This document shows, piece after piece, positions 50,586 through 63,829 of a DNA stretch of 64,000 nt (its first letter is position 1; each line of letters begins with the position of its first letter). The stretch lies in contig CDPCPM010000370.1 of NCBI GenBank assembly GCA_976551045.1, positions 744,001-808,000 on the forward strand, written 5' to 3'. The stretch is from Glaucostegus cemiculus (taxonomy: Eukaryota). The position numbers and the translations under genes were made by a program. Below the pieces are notes generated by a model. That model had not been told where the DNA came from and ran no database searches. It saw only the letters and a program-made list of their open reading frames with translations.

Positions 50586-53500
50586 TACAGTGGGAGAAGA
50601 AAATACATCCTGGTCCCGCTCCGTGACCCGGAATGGATTTTCATTTGTTCCTATAGTTTCCTGTTGGTTGTAAGAATTCGAAGCAGGAACTATAGCAGTA
50701 GGGTTGTACTGATGATTTGTTTTAATCAAGGGGCAGTCCAACGGGTAATGCAGATGGCATATTCTCTTAGCCGTTTAATCAGGTTTTTTTTTGTGAGCAG
50801 TATTAAGATATTGCATCTTGACAGAGTGTCGCATTGTTCATGTGCTTGGGACACATGTGCTCTGTGTCCCTAAACAAGTTTAACATCCTCCTGTTAGGCG
50901 TAGAAAATCTGTCGAGCGTTGATAAATTTCAACGAACTCACAGCGCTTAACCTATTAAATTGTCTTGCTATTTTTGTCAGGTAATTATCTTTGTTTCTCC
51001 GTCTGACATATGGTGTATGTTTACAGTTCCAGACTCATCATCTCATCTTCCATCAGATATACCCTTCTTTGTTGTGTCGATCATTCGATCCAGTGCTGAA
51101 AATATACGATGATGTATTTGGCCATACATCTTTGCTCATCCGCTCTTCATAATACACGGAAGCTTAATGTGATTGAAACTCCTGATTTGAATAAAAAGTG
51201 CATTTTATTCTAAATTAAATATTTGGTGTTACAATAGAAAACTTTTGATTTTACCGTGAAATTAGCAGGAAGTCTGGACTAAAGACAGGGATTTGTCTTC
51301 ATTTTCTGTCAGAAATCCAGCCCATCATTTCTTACAGACTGCTATTAACTCTACTGCTGTGCAATAGCTCCGATTCAACCCCAATCCCTTGGTTGGCAGT
51401 CGCTGGTTCAGTGATCAACAGCCGTTGACTCGATAAACACCGGCTCACCAATCTCCGGTCGCCGGTGAGAGGGCCTGTGCACTTCCAACCCTTACACATG
51501 GTCTTCAGTCCCCGCAGTTTTGACTCATGTCGCCTCTGTACTCATGCCTCACATTTACTGCTCCGAGTCTGAGAACGTTTCCTGCGCTGTGCTTTGGAGG
51601 ACTTGATACTTCTTGTCAATGCTTGTGATTGGTTCACTCAGCGGGACATGTTTGTATATATTCCCACAGAACACAAGAAGCACCATTAAGTACACCCTTA
51701 CGACGGTCCTCTATCGCTTGTCAGTAAGAATTTCATTCCCAGTAAAATTGCTGACTTCTCATCTCAATAATACCGGTGTTTCTGTTGGTGAAACAACGAT
51801 TAGTGGGTTGAGAGACCTCATGTGTGTGACCCATACTCAGCGGTTAAGGAGCAGCTTCTCCCCCCACCCCGCACCCAGTAAACCGCCATCACATTCCTGA
51901 TCGCAACAAGGACAAGACTTCGTTATTCCTCTTTTGCACTTCTTAATATTATTTCGGTAACAGAGTATTTTGCATGTCTTGCTATGTACTGCTGCCGCAT
52001 AACGAGAAAAAGCACGACATATGTCAATGATAATGAATCTGATTCTGATTCTGACTGATCGATGCTTTTCTGTTGGAATGTAGCCTCCACGAGCCGGTGG
52101 AACAGTCAGCCGGAGAAGGGATGTTCGAAGAAGAAAGTAATACCGCAATAAACTACACCTTGTAAACAACTGATCGAGCCCCATATGTGGACTGGTAGAG
52201 CTAGCGGCTCGGCAGCCTCCCGATTATCTGTTTCGAATTACAGCCGGAGATAACGATCCGCGAAACCCTGATATTCGACTCTGCATTGTACCTCTGTGCA
52301 ATGAAACCCACAGTGTTGCAGAAACCATACGACTAGAAGGAAAATACATCAATTGCAATTTCGTGAGCGCACGCCAGAGGGCGAAGTCTCCCAAAGGAGA
52401 AGAAAGCAATTAAACATGGAAAAGGGAATGAATTTCCCGTTCCCCTGCCCACGAATTGTACCGGAGCTGCATTTAGAAAATTGCGGTATGTTCGAACATA
52501 GCGAACATATCGGTATGTTCGCTATCCACTTGACCCGACTACTGGCAGAAGTGGTTTCTCTCGAACTGGTAGCAAATATGAGAGAAAAAAGGGACAGAAG
52601 ATGCTGGAACCTGGTTGAAAAACGCTATGATGCAGGAAGAATTCAACAGTCCAGGCAGCATCAGTGGAGAAAATCAGGTGGTTAACGTTTCAGGTCAGGA
52701 CCCTTCTTCAGAGCTGAATATAGGAAAAGGAGAAGCCCAAGAAATCGGAGTGAAAAGCCGACCAGTAATAGCTGGACAACAGAGAGGAGTCGGAGCGAGT
52801 ACATGGGTGTGATAGGTAGTTGCACGTAAGAGATAGTGATCGGCAGGTGCGGGGGATTGGAGACAAGATGCATCTGGATGTGGGTAGATGGAAAGAAGAG
52901 AGAGGAAAAAGATGTAGGATAGGGAAGAAAAGAAACATAGTGGATGGGTGTTTTGTGAGGAAGTGTGTGGGGCGTACCGAAATTGCGGGAATTCAATATT
53001 CATGCTATTAAGCGGCAAGTTTTAATTCACCTTATCGAATAATTAGCATCGGAAATAGACGCCATTACTGTGACCAATGCAGACAGCTGAAGCCGAGCAG
53101 ATAGTGGACTGCAAAAGAGGTCAAATATTGCAGAATAATTTGTTCCGTCGTCTTTTCAGTACATGTTCTGTCACCAACAGTGCTTAAGGGACCGCGCCAT
53201 CATGACATCACTCCGCAGTGAGCAGTATTGTCTGGTAGTTTTCACCACGTGTTTTCTCATTGTTGTGAATTGATTCGACGCCCTCTGCTGGGTCCTTATG
53301 GAAAAGGCCATTGAATTTGTGTTCACCGTGAGCGTGCAGTTGGTATTTCAGAACAGTAGTGTCAGATAATTCCTCCCAGCACTGCACACTAACGCAAATT
53401 CCATACGTTTTTTTTTTTTTACCTTTCAGAATCTTAGGCAAGAACGTAAGGTGTAACTATGATAAGTCCATCGTTAAAACCAATCGAGATCCTTTTGAGG

Positions 53501-55243
53501 AGGCGCATGGAGTGGGCTTTACTTTGAATGATTCATGCCCTTGGTGGTGAGTCGAGAAATTTCTCGAGAATGTTATGAGCTTTGAGCGAATCCACCTGTG
53601 CGACAGGCAAAACAAAGTGTTTTTTTGGGTCCGTAGAGTGAAGCTGAAGGAACATGTCATGGAGAAAAATAAGGCTCACGAGGCTGATTACAACGGTTCG
53701 CCACTGACAGTACCTGAATAATTAATTAATTCTGACCATTCAAAAATAGAGAGCACAAAGGAGACCAATTTCAAAGGTCTATTGAAACGATAGTTCCACT
53801 TCAAAACTGGCGTTTTGAATAGGAACACGGCCCCACTGGACTTGTTTCATTTCGAAACCATTCTGCTTCTTGTCATCATGCTGGGGATTCCGCGTTAACG
53901 CCCTGCCTTGTCAGATGGTGCCCGCTATTCTGGACGACTGTTGGATTTTACTTCCGTTTCGGTTTATTTGTGTGCAATAGGCTATCTCTATGGAAAATTC
54001 CAATTGATTCACCATATAATTTGCAGAATGTACGCTAACCTCGATGAAGTCTGCAATTTTTGTTCAGCAATTAACCCAACGGATGCTCAAAACGATTTGC
54101 CTGGTCTGGAGAGCCATTGGACGATATTACAGAATAAGGATTCTTCGCTTGCATTTGATGTGAGGAAACATTTTTACAGAGAGAAAATTGAGAGTCAATT
54201 CAACAATATTTATTGTTTCAGTGTATTCAAGGATGGGGTTTGTGATTTTGTTCAGCAGTAACTAAATACGAGCATATACAGAACAGCCAGGAAGGGTGAA
54301 TTCGAAATGAAGTAACTCAATTTTATTTACTTGCATTTTATTGCCTTGTGTATTACAGTACGTCGTCTTTCGGTAGGGTATATCGTGATGTGATATTTGG
54401 TGACATTTTGCTGGGTCAACGCAGAATATAAATCTCATGAAATTTTGATGCTGCCAAAAGGACATTGTATGATATTCTGTAGCATTATGTTAATCTATTT
54501 TAGTGAATTTCATGTTTATTATCTCATTTCTATTTTGTCATAATAGAACCAACTTGATTTATTGAGCTATATTCACATATCTTAGTTATTTGAAAGGAAG
54601 TTTTACTTGTTATATTATTTACAATTGTGAGAATTACCAGCTGCATCTTCATCAACGTTAAGGTATCTCATCCGAAAGATGTGCTACCGATAACACCACT
54701 CACACAAGCTATTCTTTGCATGCTTGCTCCTGCACATTTACTATAAAAACTCCTGTCGTGATGCAGAAAGTAGCGGGTCAGAGCTGCGCTGCAATTTGCT
54801 GGAGGTAGCAGCCACTGTAACATAATGGCGACACAGATCAACTTCGCATAGCTGTGCTGCATCTTATAGTCTCTCTTGTCCATTGCCGTGTCGGTGTCTG
54901 CGGCTGATCAGAGTCCTTAAGATGTCGTCTTCTGCACAGCGTCTCTCTGTTTATTCGGAGATAACGTCATAAGCCGGGTCATTCAGAAATTAAACTTTCT
55001 CCTTCGCTAACCGAAGAACACATTATTTCTTGTCTAATGGGGAACAGTGCTGGACCGTGGTTGCGGACGTGATAGGGGATATCATGGCACATCCAGGTTT
55101 TGTGCAGGTGAAACGCCGAGTTTATAATTGCGATTTCTCTGTGAGCAATGAATTGTTTTCTAAATTGCCCGATGTAAACACAAATTGATAAGGCCAGTTG
55201 GAAAGATTGTGTCAAATCGCTCTATTTGGTACTCTGGCGGAAA

Positions 55244-55251
55244 TGACGTCA
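55244..55251. promoter_or_regulatory. CRE palindrome TGACGTCA about 90 bp upstream of a TCR V leader
   Basis: Perfect palindrome upstream of ATG 55340; CRE-like elements are known in TCR V promoters. Confidence 0.45.
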
Positions 55252-55339
55252 GTCCAGCCTTCGCCAATGTTCTCCCATTCTTCGTGATGTTCTGAAGGTT
55301 TCTGACAGAACAATATAATGATATCCTGGAGCAGTTGGC

Positions 55340-55830
55340 ATGCAGTGCTTTGCACATGGTATTTTGTTGGTGACATTGATTATCAGTAAAAAAAAACGAC
55401 TTTTAAAGTGGGTTCACCAGTTCTCTTTCGTCAATTATATTCAAAATGGCCGACTGCGCCGTATTTCCGCCAGCTATGCCAACTCTGAACCGAATAAATA
55501 ATCTTCCTCTTTCTTCAACCATATTCCAGTTCCGAGCGACGAGGACTCTGTAGCTCAGCGGGAACCCACCGCTTGGAAGGACAGAGCGTGAAATCGCGAC
55601 TTCCACATGCACACACACTGGTGGTGATTGCCTCCTCGTCTAGTACCGTCAGTATCAAGACGGACAGCTCCAGTTTGAAGTCCAGAGACACACTGACGCA
55701 TTTCTGAATTCCAGGCGGATTTACCTCGGGCCTGTTGTCCGATTATTTTCACCTATCAGGCAAAAAGTGTGAGTGGCCTATCTCAAAGCTGTCGGTGTCT
55801 GGCGCGGAAGTGTATTACTGCAGTCATCCG
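55340..55830 (+). pseudogene. TCR Valpha/delta pseudogene (leader 55340-55385, V exon 55530 to about 55830)
   Basis: Leader MQCFAHGILLVTLII|GTAAA. V: EDSVAQREP../EGQSV../TCTHTGGDCLLV*YRQYQDGQLQF...GKKCEWPISKLSVSGAEVYYCS. Trp codon changed to TAG; frameshifts. Confidence 0.75.
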
Positions 55831-57699
55831 ATGCCGCTCCAGGAATCTGCACGGCCATTTTACAACCTAGCTGTTGGGCTGCTGTTGGCACCACCTTCTG
55901 TTTCCTATCTCTGACCCCTGATTTTTGACTGAAATATCATGAAAACCTGTCTCAATATGTGAATTAAATTAATAATTCCTAGTTCTGGGCAAGGCACAGC
56001 ACAGAAAATCTGTAAGCAGCTTTAAAGCTACGGACAATCAGGCCCAAGACAGTGATGGGACGTTCCAGTCGGGAAATCATCGTTGGTCGCATTCCAAATG
56101 ATTCCTTCTCTCCCTCCAAAACAAAAGCAAACAACAGAAACACTCAGCAGTCAAGGCAACATCTGTTTTAAAAGATGTAATTGTCATTTCATGTTGAAGA
56201 AAGCTTCATGAGTTCTGCTGCAACCTGAGTGGTTGCGGGAAGCACCGCTGAACAGTGGCCGAGCTGAAGGTGCCAATATTGCACACCGATTAAAGAGAAC
56301 AATGCGTTTGTTAACGTTGTTTTGCATGCAGGACACAGTGGCGCATCGCTTCATGTGCTCAATCTTTCTTTCAGATAGATAATTCTACAGCATCTCCATG
56401 ACGCAAAAAAGCCATGACTGACTGAAACAGTGAGGTTGTTTGCGGCAGGAAGTCGATCGGTGTGATGTTCATGGCCACCTGACTGGATTCCATTCCGTAG
56501 CGAACGTGCAATAATGGTCATTATCCCTGCTGATGCTATTTTACAGTTCCACAGAAAGTGGAGATTCTGCCTCGGAGATCCGATAATCTGAAGTCACATT
56601 TTGAACTGCCTTCCTTCAGTCGCCGCATAGGCTCCTTCAGGCACACGGATTTCCCCACACATGGAAAACACATTGGCAAATTCTTTGGCAGCTTCGTTCT
56701 ACCTCGGGCACAGGTGGAAGGTATGATTGTGGCGAGAAATAACAACGATTCGCCAGTATTGGTGTAAGTGGATCCAGTGCTGTCAGTAAAAGTGGGCTAA
56801 TGCATTTACATAGACATGATTTACAAATCCTATGGGTAATTGTAACACGGTCTTATTCAATTTGCAACGTGCTCCTGTAAAACACCATGGAAAACAATGA
56901 ATTGTTCTTGCTGTTTAGCTCCTACCAGAGAGCTTCGTTTATATTTAATTTATTTTCTGTTAATTTTATATTTCCTTCTCTCAGCTCCCCCATGCATTTC
57001 GCCTTATGTTATGGTCCTGATGTTGCTTCCTCAACTTAGTTTCATTTCAAAATTGCGTTAACTGCAAAGAACGTCGATCGTGTTCATGCCTACACTGTCG
57101 GTGTCTCGACGGTGACTATTTATAATCCTTTATATTTTTATAAGATGTGAAATCGCCCTCCGTTAATTATTAGAGCATAATTATGAGAATTATTAGAACA
57201 AGATTTGCTGTATTTCACATGAGGTAGTTCCACAATGTGGCTGCAATCCACGAAGTTAGAGCCATAATTGATGTCAGTCTGTCCGCACAGCATGGGGATA
57301 GTTACAACATGGATGCTTGAACGTCGCCTTGTCAAGACCTCACTGGCCCTGTGTTCGGCCAGATGCATTCACCCAACCCACTCTCCATATCCCAGCCATT
57401 GACATGCTTTCAGAGCATTAACAACCCCCCCCCCCACTTTCAGCGACGCTTTTCAACCTTGATGCACTTCTGCTCCTCTGATCTATTTGAGATCCTAATG
57501 ACTCTGTTTGCAATATAGCATTTCCTTCCTTTTCACTTTTACTTCTTTCGAATAATCACCTGCACATTATTTCCGCGATCCGGTTCTCAAGCGTTCCAGC
57601 TAAGAGAACATTCTCTCTCTGTCTGACTGTCTTTCTTACTCTCGCTCATTATTTCTCTTTCTCTCTCGCGCTCTCTCTTTATAGATTTTATCTCTCGCT

Positions 57700-58025
57700 G
57701 TCTGTCTATCTATTTATCTGTCTATCTTTCTTTCTATCTGGCTGTCTGTCCATCTATCTATCTAAGCTGTCTATCTATCTGTCTGTCTACCCATATATAT
57801 CTGTCTGTCCATCTATATTTTCTGTCTGTCCATCTATCTGTCTGTCTATTAGTCAATCAATCTACATATCTATCTATCCATCTATCAGTCTGTCTATTAT
57901 CTGTCTGTCTGTCAATCTATTGATCTCTATCTATCTGTCAGTCTGCCTGTGTACCCATCTATCTAACTATCTATCATCTTTCTATCTCTCTCATTATCCA
58001 TGCACCTATCTATCTATCTACCTAT
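57700..58025. repeat. (TCTA/TCTG)n tetranucleotide microsatellite
   Basis: Direct inspection. Confidence 0.9.
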
Positions 58026-58027
58026 CT

Positions 58028-58292
58028 CGGTAGCATAGTGATTAGCATAACGCTATTACAGCGCCAGCGACCTGGGTTCAAATGCCGCTGGTGTCTGTAA
58101 GGAGTTTCCACGTTCTCCACGTGTCTGCGCGGGTTTCCTCCGGGTGTTCCTGTATCCTCCCACATTCCAAAGACGTACGGGTTAAGAATTGTGGGCATGC
58201 TGTGTTGGCGCCGGAAGAGTGGCGACACTTACGGGATGCTCCCCAGAACACTCTACGCAAGAGATGCATTTCACAGTGTGTTTCGATGTCCA
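58028..58292 (+). mobile_element. V-SINE (long-tail subfamily), runs into an N-gap
   Basis: Homologous to the 15198-15520 copy. Confidence 0.85.
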
Positions 58293-58857
58293 NNNNNNNN
58301 NNNNNNNNNNNNNNNNNNNNNNNNNNNNNNNNNNNNNNNNNNNNNNNNNNNNNNNNNNNNNNNNNNNNNNNNNNNNNNNNNNNNNNNNNNNNNNNNNNNN
58401 NNNNNNNNNNNNNNNNNNNNNNNNNNNNNNNNNNNNNNNNNNNNNNNNNNNNNNNNNNNNNNNNNNNNNNNNNNNNNNNNNNNNNNNNNNNNNNNNNNNN
58501 NNNNNNNNNNNNNNNNNNNNNNNNNNNNNNNNNNNNNNNNNNNNNNNNNNNNNNNNNNNNNNNNNNNNNNNNNNNNNNNNNAGTGTTGCGGTTAGCGTCA
58601 CGCTGTCACAGCGCCATGGACTCTAAAGAGGAAACAATGAGTTCACTTAGTGCATTCTGTCCCTCAGCAAGGTGTCCTTCCCCTTTAATAAATCGGCTTT
58701 CCTTTTGCAACTGCAGTGACGGAATCGAAAGACGCTTGTAAGTTCATATATCCAGCACTATCAAGAGAAAACGGATGAATTACTTGGGCTTTACACTGCC
58801 GCCACCGAAACTCAATTCATTACAGGTCTTCAAGGCAGATACTTTCATTGGATCTCC

Positions 58858-59234
58858 AACCAGAATGTGAAACGGGGAGTTCATTTAGCATAAAGTTGAT
58901 ACGATTTGTCTCTTTGTCTGCTCGGAAAATTGGAACAAACAACTATGATAATAGAAGCTGATTGCCGCTCCAGAGATTTCTTTCAGCAGAACATGAAATG
59001 GCCGCATTATTTAGCATAGACGTAATCCGACTTGCCCCATTTGTTTGCTTGGAAAATTGTAACAAACAACTGTGATGATTGAAACTAATTGCCGCTCCAG
59101 AGAGTTCTTGCACCAGAATGTGAAATGACCACATGATTTAGCACAGACGTAATACGACTTACTCCTTTGTTTGCTCGAAAAATTGTAACAAACAACTAGG
59201 ATAATTGAAGCTAATTGCCGCTCCAGAGATTTCT
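58858..59234. repeat. Three tandem copies of a ~127-bp unit directly upstream of the intact GPR139-like gene
   Basis: TTGCCGCTCCAGAG recurs at 58962, 59089 and 59215, each with shared AAAATTG(T/G)AACAAACAACT and ATTTAGCA blocks. Confidence 0.85.
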
Positions 59235-59308
59235 AACACGTATAATTGCATGCATGAAGTGCGAGGTTTCGGAGGTTTCATCTCACCGTCGCAGAGTTCT
59301 GGTGGAAA

Positions 59309-59378
59309 ATGCACGCGCCTGCAAAAGGACCGGTCTTTGCCATTTATTATACCATTCTTGCAGCTTTCGGAGTTCCAG
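59309..59378 (+). CDS. GPR139-like: GPR139-like GPCR, exon 1
   Basis: MHAPAKGPVFAIYYTILAAFGVP + G|GTAAGC, phase 1, matching the exon 2 acceptor. Confidence 0.85.
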
Positions 59379-61106
59379 GTAAGCTCGGTACCAGCCAAAC
59401 AAGTTGGACAGTCAATTTGCACAGGCGTTGTTCATCATATTGTTAATTTCCCTTTTTCTTTTCCGTACGTTGCGATCATTGTTTTCCTACTGTTTGCGAA
59501 ATGTGATCCCATAATGAACATCAATTTAGTCATTTCACACAGCAGGTGGAAGGTACTGATGTTAATGTCTTCAATAAAATTGCACAAGACTTTTATCACT
59601 GCGTATCTGTTTACGAGCAATTCATGTTCCATTGGTTGCATGTCTTTCGTCGCATGAATCCGGTTTCGCTAAGTCGCGATAGACTGACAGAGTACACTGC
59701 TGTTTTGCCGAACAGTCAGATCATAGTAGACGATAAAATTTCTCAATTCAACGTGCACCAGTCAGATCATAGTAGAGATAAAATTTCAAAATGATCTGCT
59801 TGGATAATCAGTGTCAGATATTGCGTTAAAATGAAGTGTGTGTCCGGGTCTTTTGAAGAGAAGTCCCAGTTATTGTTCGCTTGTTTCACTACAAATGTTT
59901 CCTGACTTGCATTTATTCGGTATAACTGTATCCCCTCTCAAGTGGTGCTGGATATATATGAAATCAGCAGCTGCAACAATATCTTATACAATTAAGGTTA
60001 TCACAACAGTTTCCGGTATTAACTCAGGTATCTATTCCTTCTCTCTGTCACTTTCAGTTCCTCTTTCCTGAAGATTTTCACCGTTTATTGGAAATGCATT
60101 TCCTGTTATTGTCTTTGATGTGGGTATGTTTGTCTGTCTGTAACGCTTGTCTGTAATAACAGTTAAGAAGAGAACGCATGACACTCTCTCTCTCGTCAGC
60201 TGCAGATAAATGTCGAAGTGCCGCTAATAATCATGTCTACTTTTGCCAGGATGTGCAAGGTTGTCGGTCAAAGATTTTCACTGCACTCTTCAGAAAACAC
60301 TTCATTTGTTGAAAAGCATTGTGAAATCACGTCATTTATTCTGCATGTCGTCCGTTTAAACTCTTTATCAGGACCTGTACCCATTGCGTTGATCCGTATT
60401 CCCAGTACAATATGGAGTGCAACACTAACTATTCTGTTGCTTTTCCAAAAGTTTATTTCATCTGCAGCTTTGGGTGAAAAAGGCCCTGGTATAATTGTAC
60501 AGAGAGATGGTGTATCCTCCATGCAAAAGCAACATCCCTCTTGCAACAGCGCAATGAGAGTGGAACACTGCTCGAAGAATCTCTCAGTTACAAATATTGT
60601 TGGCGGCTGCTCGTTGCCCATGTCCCAGTTATAAGAATCGTCGTTACAAAGACACTAAATGCTTCTGACCTGTGTCTACTCTCATGAATATTTACCATAC
60701 TGCCGCTTCTTCAGGACGTTCCCTTCATCTCCATTATTTATTGAACGGTGTTAAGCTTAAGTGAATTCCTCTTCCAGTGTTTCTTGGTTCTCTGTATTCA
60801 TATCTAGTCGTTCCCAATTTGAACATTGTTTTGAGTTGCATGCCTTCATCAATTATCTCACATTATTGGCTGACGGTTTGATAATGCATCAAAGTTCTCG
60901 AGAACGGGAATGTACATGCGTTATCTTATATTGGCTAATCCATCTGTGTTTGCTTTCGGCATATTGAAGGATAAACCGAAATCCTTTGAACATCTGATCA
61001 CATTCACGGATATGGCTGTCACATCATTCTCTCGAATACCTTATTATTTCATGATAATAGATGATGCATATTTGTTGACGAACTGATCTTTTGGTTTCTT
61101 TCACAG

Positions 61107-62014
61107 CTAACTTAGTGACGGCTGTGATTCTCTCCCAGGGACGGTGCGGCCTCTCCAAATGCATCACATGGTACCTAGTGTTCATGGCGGTGTTCGATCT
61201 TCTTGTCGTTTTCACCGCTGTGATATTAAGCCAGCTTCGGGCTATTTATTTCCCAGTTACTATACTGTCGACCACCCCGGCTTGTAGTCTCGTTATTTCC
61301 CTCAGCTTTGTCTCTATTGACACTTCCGTGTGGTTAACGGTGGCATTCACTTTCGACAGATTCATAGCCATTTGCTGCCAGCAGCTGAAGCAAAAATATT
61401 GCACGGAGAAAACCGCGGTTATCGTTATAGTAGTAGTCCTAGTGACTGGCTCTTTGAGAAATGTCCCTCTTTACTTCGAATTCGAACCCTTGTATATCAT
61501 TGACGACGTACCCTGGTTCTGCACCGTCAAAGACGCATTTTATACCTCAGTTCTTTGGAGAATTTATGATTGGATACGCCGCATTTTTAACCCGTGTCTC
61601 CCGTTCTTCCTGATTTTGCTGCTCAATGTTCTGACAGTCAGGCACATTCAAGCGGCTAGTCGAGCCAGGAAGAGACTTCGGGGCGAAAGCAGTGGAGCGA
61701 AACAGAGTGACCCGGAGATGGAGAGTAGAAGAAAGTCAATCATTTTGCTCTTCACCATCTCGGGCAGTTTTGTTCTGCTTTGGATGACATACGTTCTCAA
61801 TTTTCTATTTGTGCAAATTACAGCCAATAGTTATTCGGACGGTACCAAGTCGAACGACCCAAAGTATATTTTCCAGGAAGCCGGATACATGCTGCAGCTT
61901 CTCAGTTCCTGCACCAACACGTGTATCTATGCAGGGACGCAGACTAAATTCAGAGAAGAGCTGAAGGATGCAGTTAAATACCCTTTAACTCTGGTTCGAA
62001 AATGGCTTAAATAA
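61107..62014 (+). CDS. GPR139-like: GPR139-like class A GPCR, exon 2 (intact)
   Basis: tcacAG|CT; ANLVTAVILSQGRCGLSKC...SVWLTVAFTFDRFIAIC...KYCTEKTA...DPEMESRRKSIILL...LQLLSSCTNTCIYAGTQTKFREEL. Seven hydrophobic segments together with exon 1; no stops. Confidence 0.93.
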
Positions 62015-63440
62015 CGGACATGCAGAAGCAATCCAATGACAATAACAAGGACACATAAGTATGGACAGTATTTGACTTGTGTCGAATCCGGTGGTTTATG
62101 TTTTGTGATCAGCTGCAATATTAATGGGAGATTCCTCGAAATGAATGGGAAATTCAGTTGAGTGGTTTACTATTACGATGGTAAATAAAGCTGAGATATT
62201 GAATTATAGCAATTTCTGTCTGCATTGTCTGTCTATTCCTTTCATGGTCCATGTCAACGGCGAACGAATCATTTTCAGGGAAATGATTTATTGTACTACA
62301 TATAATATTTACCATATTTTTCTGTGTATTCTGTTGAAATTTACTTCCCTGCTGTTTAAAGGTTTTCATGAATCACAATAATTTTGCATCGCGGTAATAT
62401 TACTTTCCGTTTTGGATGTTATTTTTATTATAAAACGAAAATTAGATGGACAGCAAAGGAACACGTGGTATATAAGCCAAACCCCGTGCATTGATACAAT
62501 TTGCAGCTTCTTCGAGTTCTGGAAATATACGAGAATTTGCTTTAGTGCAAGACGTTCAAAGCAGAGAGCGTCGAAAGTGACTGTGTCTGCAGACTTCGGT
62601 AGGCAGCAGGGCAAGGCTCTTGATGGTTACCATGTCATAGGGATTACAGTATTTAAAAACCGAAACTTCCAACAGGCTGAAAGAAACTTTATGCAGGAAA
62701 TGTATGGAAACCTGTCAATACTCACATTATCAAATAAATGCACAGTACTGAATATCAGTCTGCAGGGCAGGAAAGAATTCAGTGATGGTTTGTAATACTT
62801 TTGCAGCTAAAGCATTTGAATTATAATTAGCCGTGCCTTTGAGTCGAGTTTTATGTGAAACATTGAAAGTAAGTTATGATGGATGGTTTGACTGAAGTGA
62901 AAGGATCAATTTTCCTTGATCCCTGCGCGACTGGGCTATATACACTAGGACTCATTGGTGTAAGGGATAGAGGGGAATCTATGAACATTTTCATGGAGAG
63001 AATGTGTTCCCAATGCCTGAAAGGATTGAGACAGAAACTTAGTTAATATATAGAACTTCTTCAGGAAACATTTGTAAAGCCATACGGAAGAGATACCGAG
63101 TGCTAGAAAGAGCGAGTATCCCACATAACTCTCTGGATGTCGGCGGTGATGCCATTTGCCAGCTGATTTCTTAATTGTGCCGCGATACCCATAATTGCTT
63201 TGTGTACATATTTCACACAGATGCTTATGTCTGTCCAGAAATACCACCATTTACGTCCTGCCATCTATTGTTAGGCGGGCAGGCCTTAGATTCGTGTTCC
63301 ATCGCAGTTGTTGGTCGGTTGCATTTCGTCTTCGCGAGGAACATCTGCTTTGTCATGTTTAGAGCGCCCTCTCCTGAGCTTTCCCGGCATAGGTGGGGTG
63401 AGTACTTGTCCCGTGTCCTCCTGCGGTTGGGCAACGGTCT

Positions 63441-63746
63441 GACATCCTTGCCACAAAAATGCAGGGAGATATCGGAGGTCAGAATTTTACTGGTGGTGAG
63501 CTCAATAATCTTGCCAGTTACGCTGAATGCAGACGGGAAACTGCCAGAGGTGCGAGGGTTCCTTCTGACCTTACCTCCGGTAAATCGCACCAGGTTCTCA
63601 GGGACCTGCTCGGGGTGCTGACTGAACCACTGATCGTAAGTTCTACTGTCACTCCACTTTAAGGTCCACTTCAACGTGACATTGCTTTCCTCCCACCGTC
63701 ACTTCAGGAACTGCGTGGTCTGCTGAAAACGGGAGGAACTGTCCAC
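63441..63746 (-). pseudogene. Antigen-receptor V pseudogene with decayed 23-RSS
   Basis: After gtgcAG: QQTTQFLK*..ESNVTLKWTLK..DQWFSQHPEQVPENLV...IIELTTSKILTSDISLHFCGKD. First Cys changed to Trp; followed by GACCGTT + 23 bp + ACAAGTACT. Confidence 0.65.
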
Positions 63747-63829
63747 CTGCACAGCAATACAAGTGTTCATCAGAAAACCTGTAATATCATCCACATCATT
63801 TTCACAAACTGATTAATAACGAGCGCCTT

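Noticed and set aside
54668-55752. Minus-strand C1/TM-like readings (CVSGLQTG.., YAKLICVAIML)
   Set aside because: The + strand of 55340-55830 is clearly a TCR V pseudogene with leader, so the minus-strand motifs are coincidental.
58082-58741. Long ORFs spanning N runs (also at 10-11 kb and 24.3 kb)
   Set aside because: Artefacts of assembly gaps and SINE sequence.
63385-63440. J-like GGHGTS after the 63 kb V
   Set aside because: It coincides with GACCGTT-23 bp-ACAAGTACT, i.e. a degenerate 23-RSS.
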